Source: Octopus sinensis
Lineage: Eukaryota
Length of the DNA: 64,000 nucleotides
Assembly: GCF_006345805.1 (NCBI RefSeq)
Contig: NC_042997.1
Location: 187,550,001-187,614,000 of the forward strand
Reading direction: 5' to 3'
The notes under the pieces were generated by a model, which saw nothing but the letters and a program-made list of their open reading frames with translations, was not told where the DNA came from and ran no database searches. Positions 36,412 through 45,100 of the stretch are shown piece by piece. Every line of letters starts with the position of its first letter. Within the stretch, counting starts at the first letter, position 1. The translations under genes and the position numbers were made by a program.

Positions 36412-39400
36412 TTAATTAGAGGGTGAGTAAACCTCATGAAGGGATGGTTTCATCCAAGGAAATACTGGTTCAATACCTAGTATTTTGGGGGAATAAATTT
36501 ATTTAAAATAATAGGTGTATATATATATATATATATATATAATTACATTATATAAAAGGGCTTAGTAAAATAAATTACTTTGCCGCATACTGAACTCATT
36601 AGAAATAGTAGCTAAAAAAACTTTTTTAAAACTATTTCTAATACTTAAAGAAAACCTCTCTCATATAGTGTTTGCTCAATTCAACTCACGAAAGTATGGG
36701 GGTAAAGACATTAAAAAATCAAATGCAAAGGTTATTTGAGAACGTACGTTTCAAGATTAGTCAACTCGACATTTCTATCATCAGCTCAGAACTCCTTGGT
36801 TTGGATTTGAAAACACTGAAAGTGGGAGCATACCCTTTCGGCTTCTTATCGCTTCTGAAGATTTGCTCGAAACTAACAGTGCCAGCAAACTCAAATATGC
36901 AAGCGAAGAATTTCTGCTCTCCCCTTTCCACCCTCAATTGTTGAAATTATAATTCATCTCTCTCTATTTAATGCCTCGGATTTTACCGAAAAAGCATAGT
37001 GTTTACTGATTTTAACCCACGCTGGTGGAAAGGGGAGAGCAGAAATTCTTCGCTTGCATATTTGAGTTTGCTGGCACTGTTAGTTTCGAGCAGATCTTCA
37101 GAAGCGATAAGAAGCCGAAAGGGTATGCTCCCACTTTCAGTGTTTTCAAATCCAAACCAAGGAGTTCTGAGCTGATGATAGAAATGTCGAGTTGACTAAT
37201 CTTGAAACGTACGTTCTCAAATAACCTTTGCATTTGATTTTTTAATGTCTTTACCCCCATACTTTCGTGAGTTGAATTGAGCAAACACTATATGAGAGAG
37301 GTTTTCTTTAAGTATTAGAAATAGTTTTAAAAAAGTTTTTTTAGCTACTATTTCTAATGAGTTCAGTATGTGGCAAAGTAATTTATTTTACTAAGCCCTT
37401 TTATATAATGTAATAATTTGAATTCGCCTTAAATGGTCCCTTTGCATACTGAATACTTGGTGAAATTGATTAATAATTAATTAATTTTACCCTCAATTGT
37501 TGAAATATATATATATATATATAAAAACATATAGTTTATATTTATTTAAAAGAAGAAAAGAAAATGGAGATTAGGAAGTTCATAATTGTTTATTATTAAC
37601 AGCAAATTGGTCATCTTCACTTACAGCCATTTCAATTATTAATACTCAATAAACATTAAATTTACATTTATGTGACATGAGCACAATATCATCAGAGGAA
37701 AAAAGATGTATATTTGGATGTTATGTGTGTGCTTATGAATTCATTTTAGCAGACTGAATGTTGTGTGTGTGTGTGTGCATATATATATATTTATATATGA
37801 AATAATGTTTCTTTATGTTATATTTTTTTAAGGAATATATCAGCTCTAACTGAACCTACATGATGTATTCCTTTCTGTCATATCTATGTCTCATTTACCA
37901 GGTTGTGCTTCATACTTTTTCTCTCACATTGCTTTCTTCTGGAGCTTCATCTCAGTTTCCATGAATCTTCAAGCATTCAAACAGATCATTGACTCTGTTA
38001 ATCTTACCCTGTTATTCTTTACTCAGGGACTGCACCACAGCAATTTAAAGATAAATCTAAGAATGTATAATATGCTGCCTGTTAAAACGGTGTGGTAACT
38101 AAGAGATGGTCAAGGAAAGCCAACTATTTCATCAAGATCATTCAATTACTTAATGAATATCCCATATGCTTCATCATGAATGCAGACAATGTTGGCTCCA
38201 GGCAGATGCAGACCATCTGTATGTCACTCAGGGACCATGCAGTTGTCCTCATGGGTAAAAACCACAATGATGAAGAAGGTCATAAGAGGTCATTTGGAGC
38301 ACAATGCAGCCCTTGAAAGGTTGCTACCACATATTAAGAACAATGTTGGTTTTGTGTTCACTTTGGCTGATATCAGGGATAGATTGACGAATAACAAGGT
38401 AAAAACTCCTGCTCTTGTTGGTGCTGTTACTCCGTGTCATGTGTTGATACCTGCTCAAAATACAGCTCTTGGTCCTGAAAAAACTTCTTTCTTCCGAGCT
38501 TTGTCTATCCGAACAAAAATCTCCACTGGTACTATTGAAATCTTGAATGATATCTGTAATATCGTTTGGTTATTCAATATAGCAAGGGAATCCTTGAGTT
38601 GTCTCCCTTGTTTGTTTGGGTTTTTTTTTTTTTTTTTATATATTTGGCACTGTAGACAACAGAAGTTTCTCTAGTACTCTTCCTGATTCTTTCCAATTTG
38701 CCACTATAGAAGAAGAGTAACAAATATCGAAATAAATGAAAACAGTAAACAAATTGTTTCCATATATGAAATACATTCAATGTTTCTAAAATTTAAAGAA
38801 AATACCCAGAAAATATTCAAAAAAACATTTACTGATTGAAAGTGGATGGTAATGTTGTACAATATTGAAGTGAACTGAAAGCTGGATTTCAACAGCTAAA
38901 AAGACTGACTATAATCAGATAGATGATCAGGAAGATTGAATACAAATGAGATGATAAATTTAGAAACTAGGATCTCGCAGGTTAACACAAAATAGAAATC
39001 ATCTACCTCAACTTCATCATCATCATTATCGTTTAACGTCCGTTTTCCGTGCTAGCACGGGTTGGACGGTTCGACCGGGGTCTGGGAAGCCAGGGGCTGC
39101 TCCAGGCTCCAGTCTGATCTGGCAGAGTTTCTACGGCTGGATGCCCTTCCTAACGCCAAGCACTCCGCGAGTGTAGTGGGTGCTTTTTACGTGCCACCTG
39201 CACAGGTGCCGGGGAGAAGTCCGGCATCGGCCACGATTGGTTGGAGCTTTTAACGTGCCACCGGCACGGAAGCCAGCCAAGGCGGCGCTGGCAACGGCCA
39301 TGTTCGGATGGAACTTCATCATAATTATTTAACATCCATTTTCCATTCTGGCTTGGGTTAAAATCAATAACTCGACTGTTACAATTTCATAAAGCTAAAA

Positions 39401-41616
39401 TGATGATTATTCATTCATTTTTTTTTACATTTATAATTTAACATAAACTTGTATTATTTCTTTCAGTTATTCAAACTTGTCATCAAATATTTCATTTGAA
39501 TTTACAAATACTTTGTTTCGTATTTCATTCTTCATATCATTTTCTATGTTTTAAATTTCCCATTTCCCTTTTCAGCTATGGTTGTTTAATCTTCATGGCG
39601 TCACAGATTGCATCAGGAATGAAATACCTCGAGTCCCTGAATATGGTCCATCGTGATCTGGCCACAAGGAATTGCCTTGTGGGCCACAACTACTGCATCA
39701 AGATCTCTGACTTTGGCATGAGCAGGAGTCTTTATAGTGCAGATTATTACAGGATAGAGGGAAGAGCTGTCTTACCCATCCGATGGATGGCCTGGGAAAG
39801 CATTCTCTTGGTATGTTGCTTAAGAACCTTCGTCTTTTACATGTTAACTAAATATTCTCTTATTCTTTTATTTGTTTCAGTCATTTGACTGTGGCCAAGC
39901 TGGAGTACCACCTTGCAGGATTTTAGTTCGAACAACTCAACCCCCAAGACTTATTTTTTTTAAGCCTAGTACTTACTCTATCAGTCTCTTTTACCAAATC
40001 GCTAAGTTACGGGAATGTAAACACACCAACATCAATTGTCAAGTAGTGATGGTGGGACAAGCACAAAGAGACACACACACACACACATATGAATTCTGTA
40101 GATAAGGTCAGAACAGTACTGGAGGAGTATTTTTCATCACAGACCAGTGAATTTTGGAAGAGGGGCCTTGCAAGTCTACCAGAGAGATGGAAGAGCATTG
40201 TAGAAGGAGTATAAAAAAACCACATTATTTATGGGATGACCCAATAGAAGACACTTGCCCAAGGTACCACAAAATTGTGAATCCAGAACTGAATCCGGAA
40301 CCATGTGATTGGAAAGCAAACTTCTTACACATAGCCACACCTATGTAGTGTTTAAAATCACTCCATTTGTTTGAAGTTCATTAACAATGAAACATTTAAT
40401 AGCTGTTTTGTATGAAGGTTTCACAGCCATTACACAAATTTGATATGTGGAAAAATCAGTATAGTCAATGTATTGCAATGCAGTTTATTCATTGACAGGA
40501 TTCCAGCAGCTAGTTAATTAATAATAGTTAGAATAATTTTTGAATAATCCTAAATTTAAATATTACTGTTTAACCCTTTAACATTCAGATTACTCTAGCA
40601 AATGTAAAAGTTATTTAATAGTTACTAATCACTATGACCCGGCAATGCCAGGTCATAGTGCTAGTGCATGCATATACAGCTGTGTGCGTGCGCACATACA
40701 CGCAAGTACTGTCCAAATCTCCGACCAATCACATACAGCTAGCTGACATTCAATTGGCGTATCGAGTTTTGGGCATTTTGATTGGGTTTTGGATAGAAAA
40801 TTCACAAAAAAGTGACTTCTATTGATTTTTTTAATGGCTTTGCGGGGTGACTGGGGAAATGTGAAGATGTGCACGACCACCCTTGGATGGTTTTGAATGA
40901 CCATAGAAAGTGCAAGCCCTTTAACTGAAAAATTGTGGGTTTGCATAAAGGACATGCACACACACACATACACAGACATTTGCCGTTTATATATAGAGAG
41001 AGAGATTTAATCATTTTGAACTCCTCGTGCATTGTCTTGTAGCTTTGAGATTTCAATGACGTGATTGTTTATTTTTAAAGTGACATTGTAGGTTAGGTGT
41101 GAGAGGCCAGATCTGTCAGGTCTGAACATAAAACAGGCAGAACATTTGGGACTGATATGGCCAGTTTGAATACTAAAGGGTTAATCTTGGGAACCAGAAG
41201 GAAATTATTGTATTTTCAACATTACTCGTTTGTAAGTAAATATTCTGTTCATAAAATGTTGTTGTTTCTCTTTCCTAAAACAGGGCAAGTTCACGACTAA
41301 GAGTGATGTGTGGTCATTTGCTGTAACACTGTGGGAAATATTAACATTTGCAAAAGAACAGCCATATGAAGCGTTAACTGATGAACAAGTCATTGAAAAT
41401 GCTGGACATTATTACCGAAATGATGGACGCCAGGTTTATCTTCCACAACCGCCCAATTGCCCAAAGGAAATTTATGATTTAATGCGTGAGTGCTGGAACC
41501 GACAGGAGAGTGAACGTCCGTCGTTTAGGGAAATTCACATGTTTCTTCAACGGAAAAATATGGGGTATAACCCAAAGGATGAAAAAATGAATCAAATAAA
41601 AGTGCCCATCTGCTGA
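5977..41616 (+). CDS. DDR2: Discoidin domain receptor tyrosine kinase (DDR2-like), 5'-partial, 7 coding exons in window
   Basis: Exons join in frame (phases 1,1,1,0,2,2,0; 1775 nt) with AG acceptors and GT/GC donors. Contains a TM helix, DDR-type juxtamembrane motifs ([18 protein letters not shown]) and intact kinase motifs [43 protein letters not shown]. Invertebrate Ddr is a co-orthologue of DDR1/DDR2, so the symbol is approximate. Confidence 0.95.
6280..6349. repeat. Pure (AT)n microsatellite, about 35 units
   Basis: Uninterrupted AT run. Confidence 0.98.
6977..7095 (+). mobile_element. Family B SINE 5' fragment, degraded
   Basis: ggttcagtcccactgcatggtaccttgggcaagcatctcctatcatagcctc. Confidence 0.6.
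7356..7578 (-). mobile_element. Family C tRNA-headed SINE, full length, with 16-bp TSD
   Basis: B-box-like GTTCAAATTCC on the minus strand; TSD AATCTCCACAGTATTT at 7340-7355 and 7579-7594; homologous copies at 10534 and 58208. Confidence 0.9.
8815..9243 (+). CDS. DDR2: DDR exon: transmembrane helix ([28 protein letters not shown]) and proximal cytoplasmic juxtamembrane region
   Basis: Acceptor ttttccttctAG at 8813-8814; lies in ORF 8793-9353; 3' end placed at CAG|GCAAGT (GC donor, phase 1 matches next exon). The 3' boundary is less certain than the 5'. Confidence 0.85.
10534..10737 (+). mobile_element. Family C SINE
   Basis: gttctgagttcaaattccgccaaggtcgactttgcctttcacctttcggggtcaataaattaagtaccag...gggtagtaaagaaata. 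Confidence 0.85.
13602..13865 (-). mobile_element. Family D tRNA-headed SINE with 12-bp TSD
   Basis: A/B-box-like TAGTGGTTAG and GGTTTCAATTCC on the minus strand; TSD TCATATAAATAT at 13590-13601 and 13866-13877; near-identical to the copy at 52039. Confidence 0.9.
14433..15544. repeat. 1.1-kb compound TA/TG/CA microsatellite with higher-order minisatellite units
   Basis: Almost entirely alternating purine-pyrimidine; produces the spurious Y/I/M/C/V ORFs. Confidence 0.97.
16370..16720. repeat. Degenerate CA/TA-rich simple repeat
   Basis: Runs of cata, caca and tata. Confidence 0.8.
17790..18551 (-). mobile_element. Tc1/mariner (maT/DD37D-like) transposon relic, internally deleted
   Basis: Minus strand gives N-terminal [18 protein letters not shown] and [24 protein letters not shown], then directly C-terminal [16 protein letters not shown] (SPDLNPLD motif) and [13 protein letters not shown]...GIFVE. 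One TIR-like end at about 18520-18551 followed by TA; the second TIR was not found. Confidence 0.7.
27376..27675 (-). mobile_element. tRNA-headed SINE (family D-related) with 13-bp TSD and (AAC)n tail
   Basis: Minus-strand TAGTGGTTAGAGC and GGTTCGAATC; TSD AATAAAATAATGT at 27363-27375 and 27676-27688. Confidence 0.88.
28049..28371 (+). CDS. DDR2: DDR exon: distal juxtamembrane region to kinase Gly-rich loop (DSRDYAVP...LGEGQFGE)
   Basis: Acceptor cattccAG at 28047-28048; donor GAG|GTAAGA at 28372; ORF 28000-28449. Confidence 0.95.
30560..31950 (-). mobile_element. Old RTE (BovB-like) LINE relic: APE endonuclease C-terminus plus RT fragment
   Basis: Minus-strand [52 protein letters not shown] (IDY...TDH pattern), then QTDGRIF near 30790; many stops, frameshifts and large deletions. 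Confidence 0.6.
32085..32260 (+). mobile_element. Family B SINE, highly degraded 5' half
   Basis: ttgcaaccacatggtttcagg...gatggaaactgtgcagaagcctgt resembles family B. Confidence 0.45.
33255..33382 (+). CDS. DDR2: DDR exon: kinase subdomain II (VHLCEA...[17 protein letters not shown])
   Basis: Acceptor ttttcttgtctAG at 33253-33254; donor CAG|GTAATT at 33383; 128 nt, phase 0-2. Not in the ORF track. Confidence 0.95.
33434..33830 (-). mobile_element. Family B SINE, full length, internal microsatellite, (AAAGAGT)n tail
   Basis: Complete match in layout to the + strand copy at 54760-55160. Confidence 0.9.
34451..34820 (+). mobile_element. Family A repeat with four upstream 55-65-bp repeat units and (GAT)n tail
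   Basis: Units end in ggcac(a/g)taaaaag; core ttaggaagggcatccagctgtagaaac; tail gttaaacgatgatgatg. Confidence 0.85.
35597..35794 (+). CDS. DDR2: DDR exon: kinase alphaC and hinge ([46 protein letters not shown]...)
   Basis: Acceptor ttttaattcAG at 35595-35596; donor GAG|GTAAAT at 35795; 198 nt, phase 2-2. Confidence 0.95.
36264..36518. repeat. Tandem duplication of a 113/114-bp unit bounded by (TA)n tracts
   Basis: Copies 36264-36376 and 36405-36518 are identical except for one extra A (gagtaacc vs gagtaaacc). Confidence 0.95.
36542..37414. repeat. Long near-perfect inverted repeat: arms 36542-36932 and 37024-37414 (391 bp each), 91-bp spacer
   Basis: Base-by-base comparison shows two mismatches (36585/37371 and 36863/37093); mirror ORFs 36672-36944(+) and 37012-37284(-) share their first 87 aa. 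Confidence 0.97.
38092..38554 (+). pseudogene. RPLP0: Processed pseudogene of 60S acidic ribosomal protein P0 (uL10), N-terminal half only
   Basis: [32 protein letters not shown]...[46 protein letters not shown]...[17 protein letters not shown]...GTIEILND. Intronless, +1 frameshift at about 38263, 3-codon deletion (KED equivalent), no intact start, homology stops near codon 158. Confidence 0.93.
39021..39311 (-). mobile_element. Family A repeat, young CpG-rich copy, 5'-truncated, with 11-bp TSD
   Basis: TSD AACTTCATCAT at 39010-39020 and 39312-39322; CpGs retained. Confidence 0.9.
39576..39810 (+). CDS. DDR2: DDR exon: catalytic and activation loops ([36 protein letters not shown])
   Basis: Acceptor tttcccttttcAG at 39574-39575; donor TTG|GTATGT at 39811; ORF 39496-39888. 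Confidence 0.97.
39863..40345 (-). mobile_element. Family B SINE interrupted by a mariner fragment (SINE 3' half 39863-40088, 5' part 40244-40345)
   Basis: Both halves match family B; the central segment of the family is replaced by unrelated sequence. Confidence 0.75.
40089..40235 (+). mobile_element. Mariner (DD34D-type) transposase C-terminal fragment
   Basis: [41 protein letters not shown] (40089-40214) fits the mariner C-terminal pattern FFxS...F..GIxxLPERWxKV. Confidence 0.7.
40574..41180. mobile_element. piggyBac-type MITE
   Basis: TTAA at 40570-40573 and 41181-41184 flank TIRs CCCTTTAACATTCA / TGAATACTAAAGGG (2 mismatches in 14). Confidence 0.75.
40625..41005 (-). mobile_element. 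Non-autonomous Helitron nested in the piggyBac MITE
   Basis: Minus-strand 5' A|TC(TC)nTATATATAAACGGC at 41005; 3' palindrome CACTATGACC...GGTCATAGTG then degenerate TTAG|T at 40625; A|T insertion site, no TSD. Confidence 0.7.
41284..41616 (+). CDS. DDR2: DDR terminal coding exon ([12 protein letters not shown]...QIKVPIC*)
   Basis: Acceptor CAG at 41281-41283; stop TGA at 41614-41616; ORF 41308-41616. Confidence 0.97.
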   Translation, partial: GKFTTKSDVWSFAVTLWEILTFAKEQPYEALTDEQVIENAGHYYRNDGRQVYLPQPPNCPKEIYDLMRECWNRQESERPSFREIHMFLQRKNMGYNPKDEKMNQIKVPIC

Positions 41617-41909
41617 TTTAAAGAAAACTGTACTGTATAGAGTACAGTCAGACCAAAGAATCCTGCAAACTCCAGCACTGCCAAAATGTCCAGATGCCTG
41701 TCTGTCTAAAACTATATTGGTTTATTATTGACATCTTATAAAGTGTCACAATGATAAAACATAAACAAAAACCAAGCTTCAGGACATTAAGGAGAGATGT
41801 CCCCCATCCCTACAACCTTTTCTTTGATGGCCCCCCAACGACAATATAGGCAGTATCTTTGTACCTCGAGCTATCAATGAAACATTTTCAAACAGCGAGA
41901 CTACTAAGA

Positions 41910-42100
41910 AATATATATATATATATACACATATATATATATACTCATATATATGTATGTATATATATGTGCGTGTTTATATATATATACACACACACAC
42001 ATACTTATACATGTATATGTATATATATGTGTATATCTATATATGTATATATATATGTGTATATCTATATATATATAAAACCTACACACACACACATTTA
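41910..42100. repeat. Compound TA/CA/TG microsatellite in the putative DDR 3' UTR
   Basis: Direct observation. Confidence 0.9.
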
Positions 42101-45100
42101 AAAAAATTTTAAAAAAACAATTTATAGAAAATGGTAAAAAAGAAAAAGAAAAATTTGCCATTCAATATTGAATATGTTCAATTGCTAAATTTGCATAAAA
42201 AAAATATAAAAAATATAACTTATGGTTGGGCTTATGGCAATACAAAAAAAATAAAATATAAACTAAACCTTACATTTTCTTCTAACTCCCAAATTTTCTC
42301 CTTCCCCTTTCCCTACCTTCACATCCCTTTTAACCTCTTCAATTGATGATCAGTCACTGTGTTATACTGCTATTCCAGACTTCTGTGAATGTCTCCTCTG
42401 TGTCAGACCTAAATATTGTTATGCACACACACATACATACATACATACACACACTCATACATGCATACAGACACATTATAAACAGGCAGATAGAAATTAT
42501 GAAGTGACACACCTTCTTTATTTTAAACCCCCACCTGCCAATAATAAACTAGCAGTTTACTACTTTTTTTCCTTTTATCCTTATTTTTTTTAAGTTCAGA
42601 AAATATTTTAGTTGCTGTCACTGTTTCCTAAGTATTACATAAAAATTATTTTGTTGTGGTAGAATTTTTTTAGATAAATTTCTTTTTATGTAAATTAATT
42701 TTTAAAACTATGTCAATGAAAGTATTCATTTTGTGTAAAGAAATTTTAAGTTCAAATCTATTCATAGGTTTCTTGAAAAAATTGTTCCATTGTATCTTCC
42801 CACCAGTTCCTAGGTTTCTTAGTCAAAGGAAATAAATGCACAGCTTCCAGCATTCTAGAACATACCACCTATAATTTAGGATTTATATTAAAAAAAAAAA
42901 ACAGTAATAAAACTGCTTTAAATTTTAAATATTAAAAAAATAGCATATTTAAATACAAAACAATTTTTTTCATCCACTGCACAAAAATGTAGGATAATTT
43001 ATGCCCACTGGACTCTATCTGCCTGTTGTTATCTGACATATTGTTTGTGATTCTCTATTATAAGAGACAATATATAAATAAACACAAACAACTCTATAGA
43101 GAATTCAACTTCCTAAGGACATACAATATGGATGATGATGATAATGATGATTACCTATGGATATTCTAAAGCAAAAAATCTTTCTCGTGTTGTGAAATCC
43201 ACAATGGCATGCATGCAGAGAAACATATCTTATGCAGCAAACTGTGGCAAACATTAAAAAAAAAAAATCCTAAAAACTTTAATACTGAAAAAAATTCAAT
43301 ACAAAAGAGGAAAATAATTTAAAATTCAATTTATTGCTATCCTTTCTCCGAAGTATGGATGATGTGTAGAGACAACAAACAGAAACGAGCTAATTCCTAG
43401 GAAAACGAAAGAAAGAAGAAAAGACATTAAATTTCTTTAAATTTCATAAGAAGAAATGAATTCAAAGAGAAAATTAAATATAGATTCAATCAATTTCCCC
43501 ACTTTCCCCTTTTCATTATTATTATTATAATTATTCCAATTATTTTTTTCTTTTTTTTCACTCTTTTTCTGTTTGAAATATTCATTGTGATTTAAATTAT
43601 TTCCAACTTTTAGCATTGCAGCTGCTGTCCATTATTTCAAGCATTCTATTTCCATTCTAGTTTCTTATTTTTGACAGTGAAAAGTAAACTTTAACCTCCT
43701 TTCAAATATTTGTGCAAAACTTCCTCTTTGTAATACAAATATAATCACACACATACATACACACACACAATTCATGTCAGTTTTAAGTTTGCAGCCTGTG
43801 AAGCTAAAGAAAATTAGAAATTATTTGGAGACCTGGAGAAAAAGAAAAAAATTCAGTTACATTATTTAAATAGATAGGTGTTACTTAACTCCTAAATCTT
43901 CTGTGTAAGTAGGATGCTTTGAAATAATTTGATGTTCGAATGTGAGTGTTTAGCTCTCAACCGATTTTACTATTGGATCCAATTCCTTGGAGGAAAGCTT
44001 CATCTTGGTTTGGTCACCTAAAACGTCCATTTACAATTTGCTCATTTCTTTTATTTTTTTACTATTTCTTTTTCTCTAAACAGAAGCAGAAGAAAGGACA
44101 GATGTTTCCAATAATAAAATTTCAATTTGTACATTGGCTGGGATTTATCGTTAGGCTTCATTTATTTGCTAAAACACTCCTGAAAATCAGAAAGAGTAAA
44201 AACCTGTAAAAGAAAAAATATGTTGACAATCTTCCTATTTTTTCATCAAAAATAAATTTTAAACCATTTCAATTCATTAAGTTGACATTTCTCCTTTTTT
44301 TATATATATTTGTAGATTATTACCATTATTAATATTAGTGCTATCATATAATCCTTGCAATTCAATACTCATTGCACAAATCCTGAGATGCCTCCTTGTC
44401 TTTGATTCAGTATTGTCTAGTTTGAAGAAATTTATGTTTCTGATTTAGTTAACAGCCTAAGAAACACCCTGGCCTTTTAGTTGCAAGGTCTTCTCAATGA
44501 AACAAAATAAAACATGAATAAACAAATAAAAATGAAATGAATTGCTCAAACATTTTACAACCAAAATATAAGCATGTTATTCAAATCATACAATGATAGC
44601 TTGTAAAAGTTAATTATGTAGCTTTTTAAAAATGTTTGCAATTGAAAATGCTAGACATAAATGGTTGCACCTTGTGTACATTCGTGTGTGAGTGGTGTGT
44701 ATGCCTGTGTGTGTGTGTGAGAGAGGGAAAGAGAGAGCGAAAGAGAGAGAGAGCAAAATACCTCCAATTTGTAGGCTTAATATTGAGGAGAATGAAAAGT
44801 TGCCATTGTATATATACTATGAGCAATATCACCCCGACCCTTTTTTTTTTTTAATGGTTTCATTGTGGAGTTGTAAAACTATTTACCCGACAATCTTGAT
44901 CTTACTTTCTTAGTTTTCCCTTTCTCTCTCTCTCTCTCAAATTTTTATCTCTAGTTCTTTCTCTATTGTTCAAAATATCTCAGGGCTTTGAGCATAATGT
45001 AAACAGGACTTTTGTTTGGGCAAAAATGATGAAATCTTTCTGAATGGATCAAAAATGGTAAAGCCATCACCAGTTATTTTGAACATTGAGTAGACGACTT

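Noticed and set aside
36672-37284. Twin 90-aa ORFs on opposite strands as duplicated genes
   Set aside because: Mirror images created by the inverted repeat; TTG start, no recognisable domain, no splice signals.
38621-38637. T17 run as the retrocopy poly(A) tail
   Set aside because: Wrong strand for the sense RPLP0 copy and separated from it by about 65 bp of non-homologous sequence.
41599-41616. C-terminal KVPIC as a CaaX prenylation signal
   Set aside because: Cys is the last residue, not fourth from the end; a PDZ ligand is possible but unsupported.
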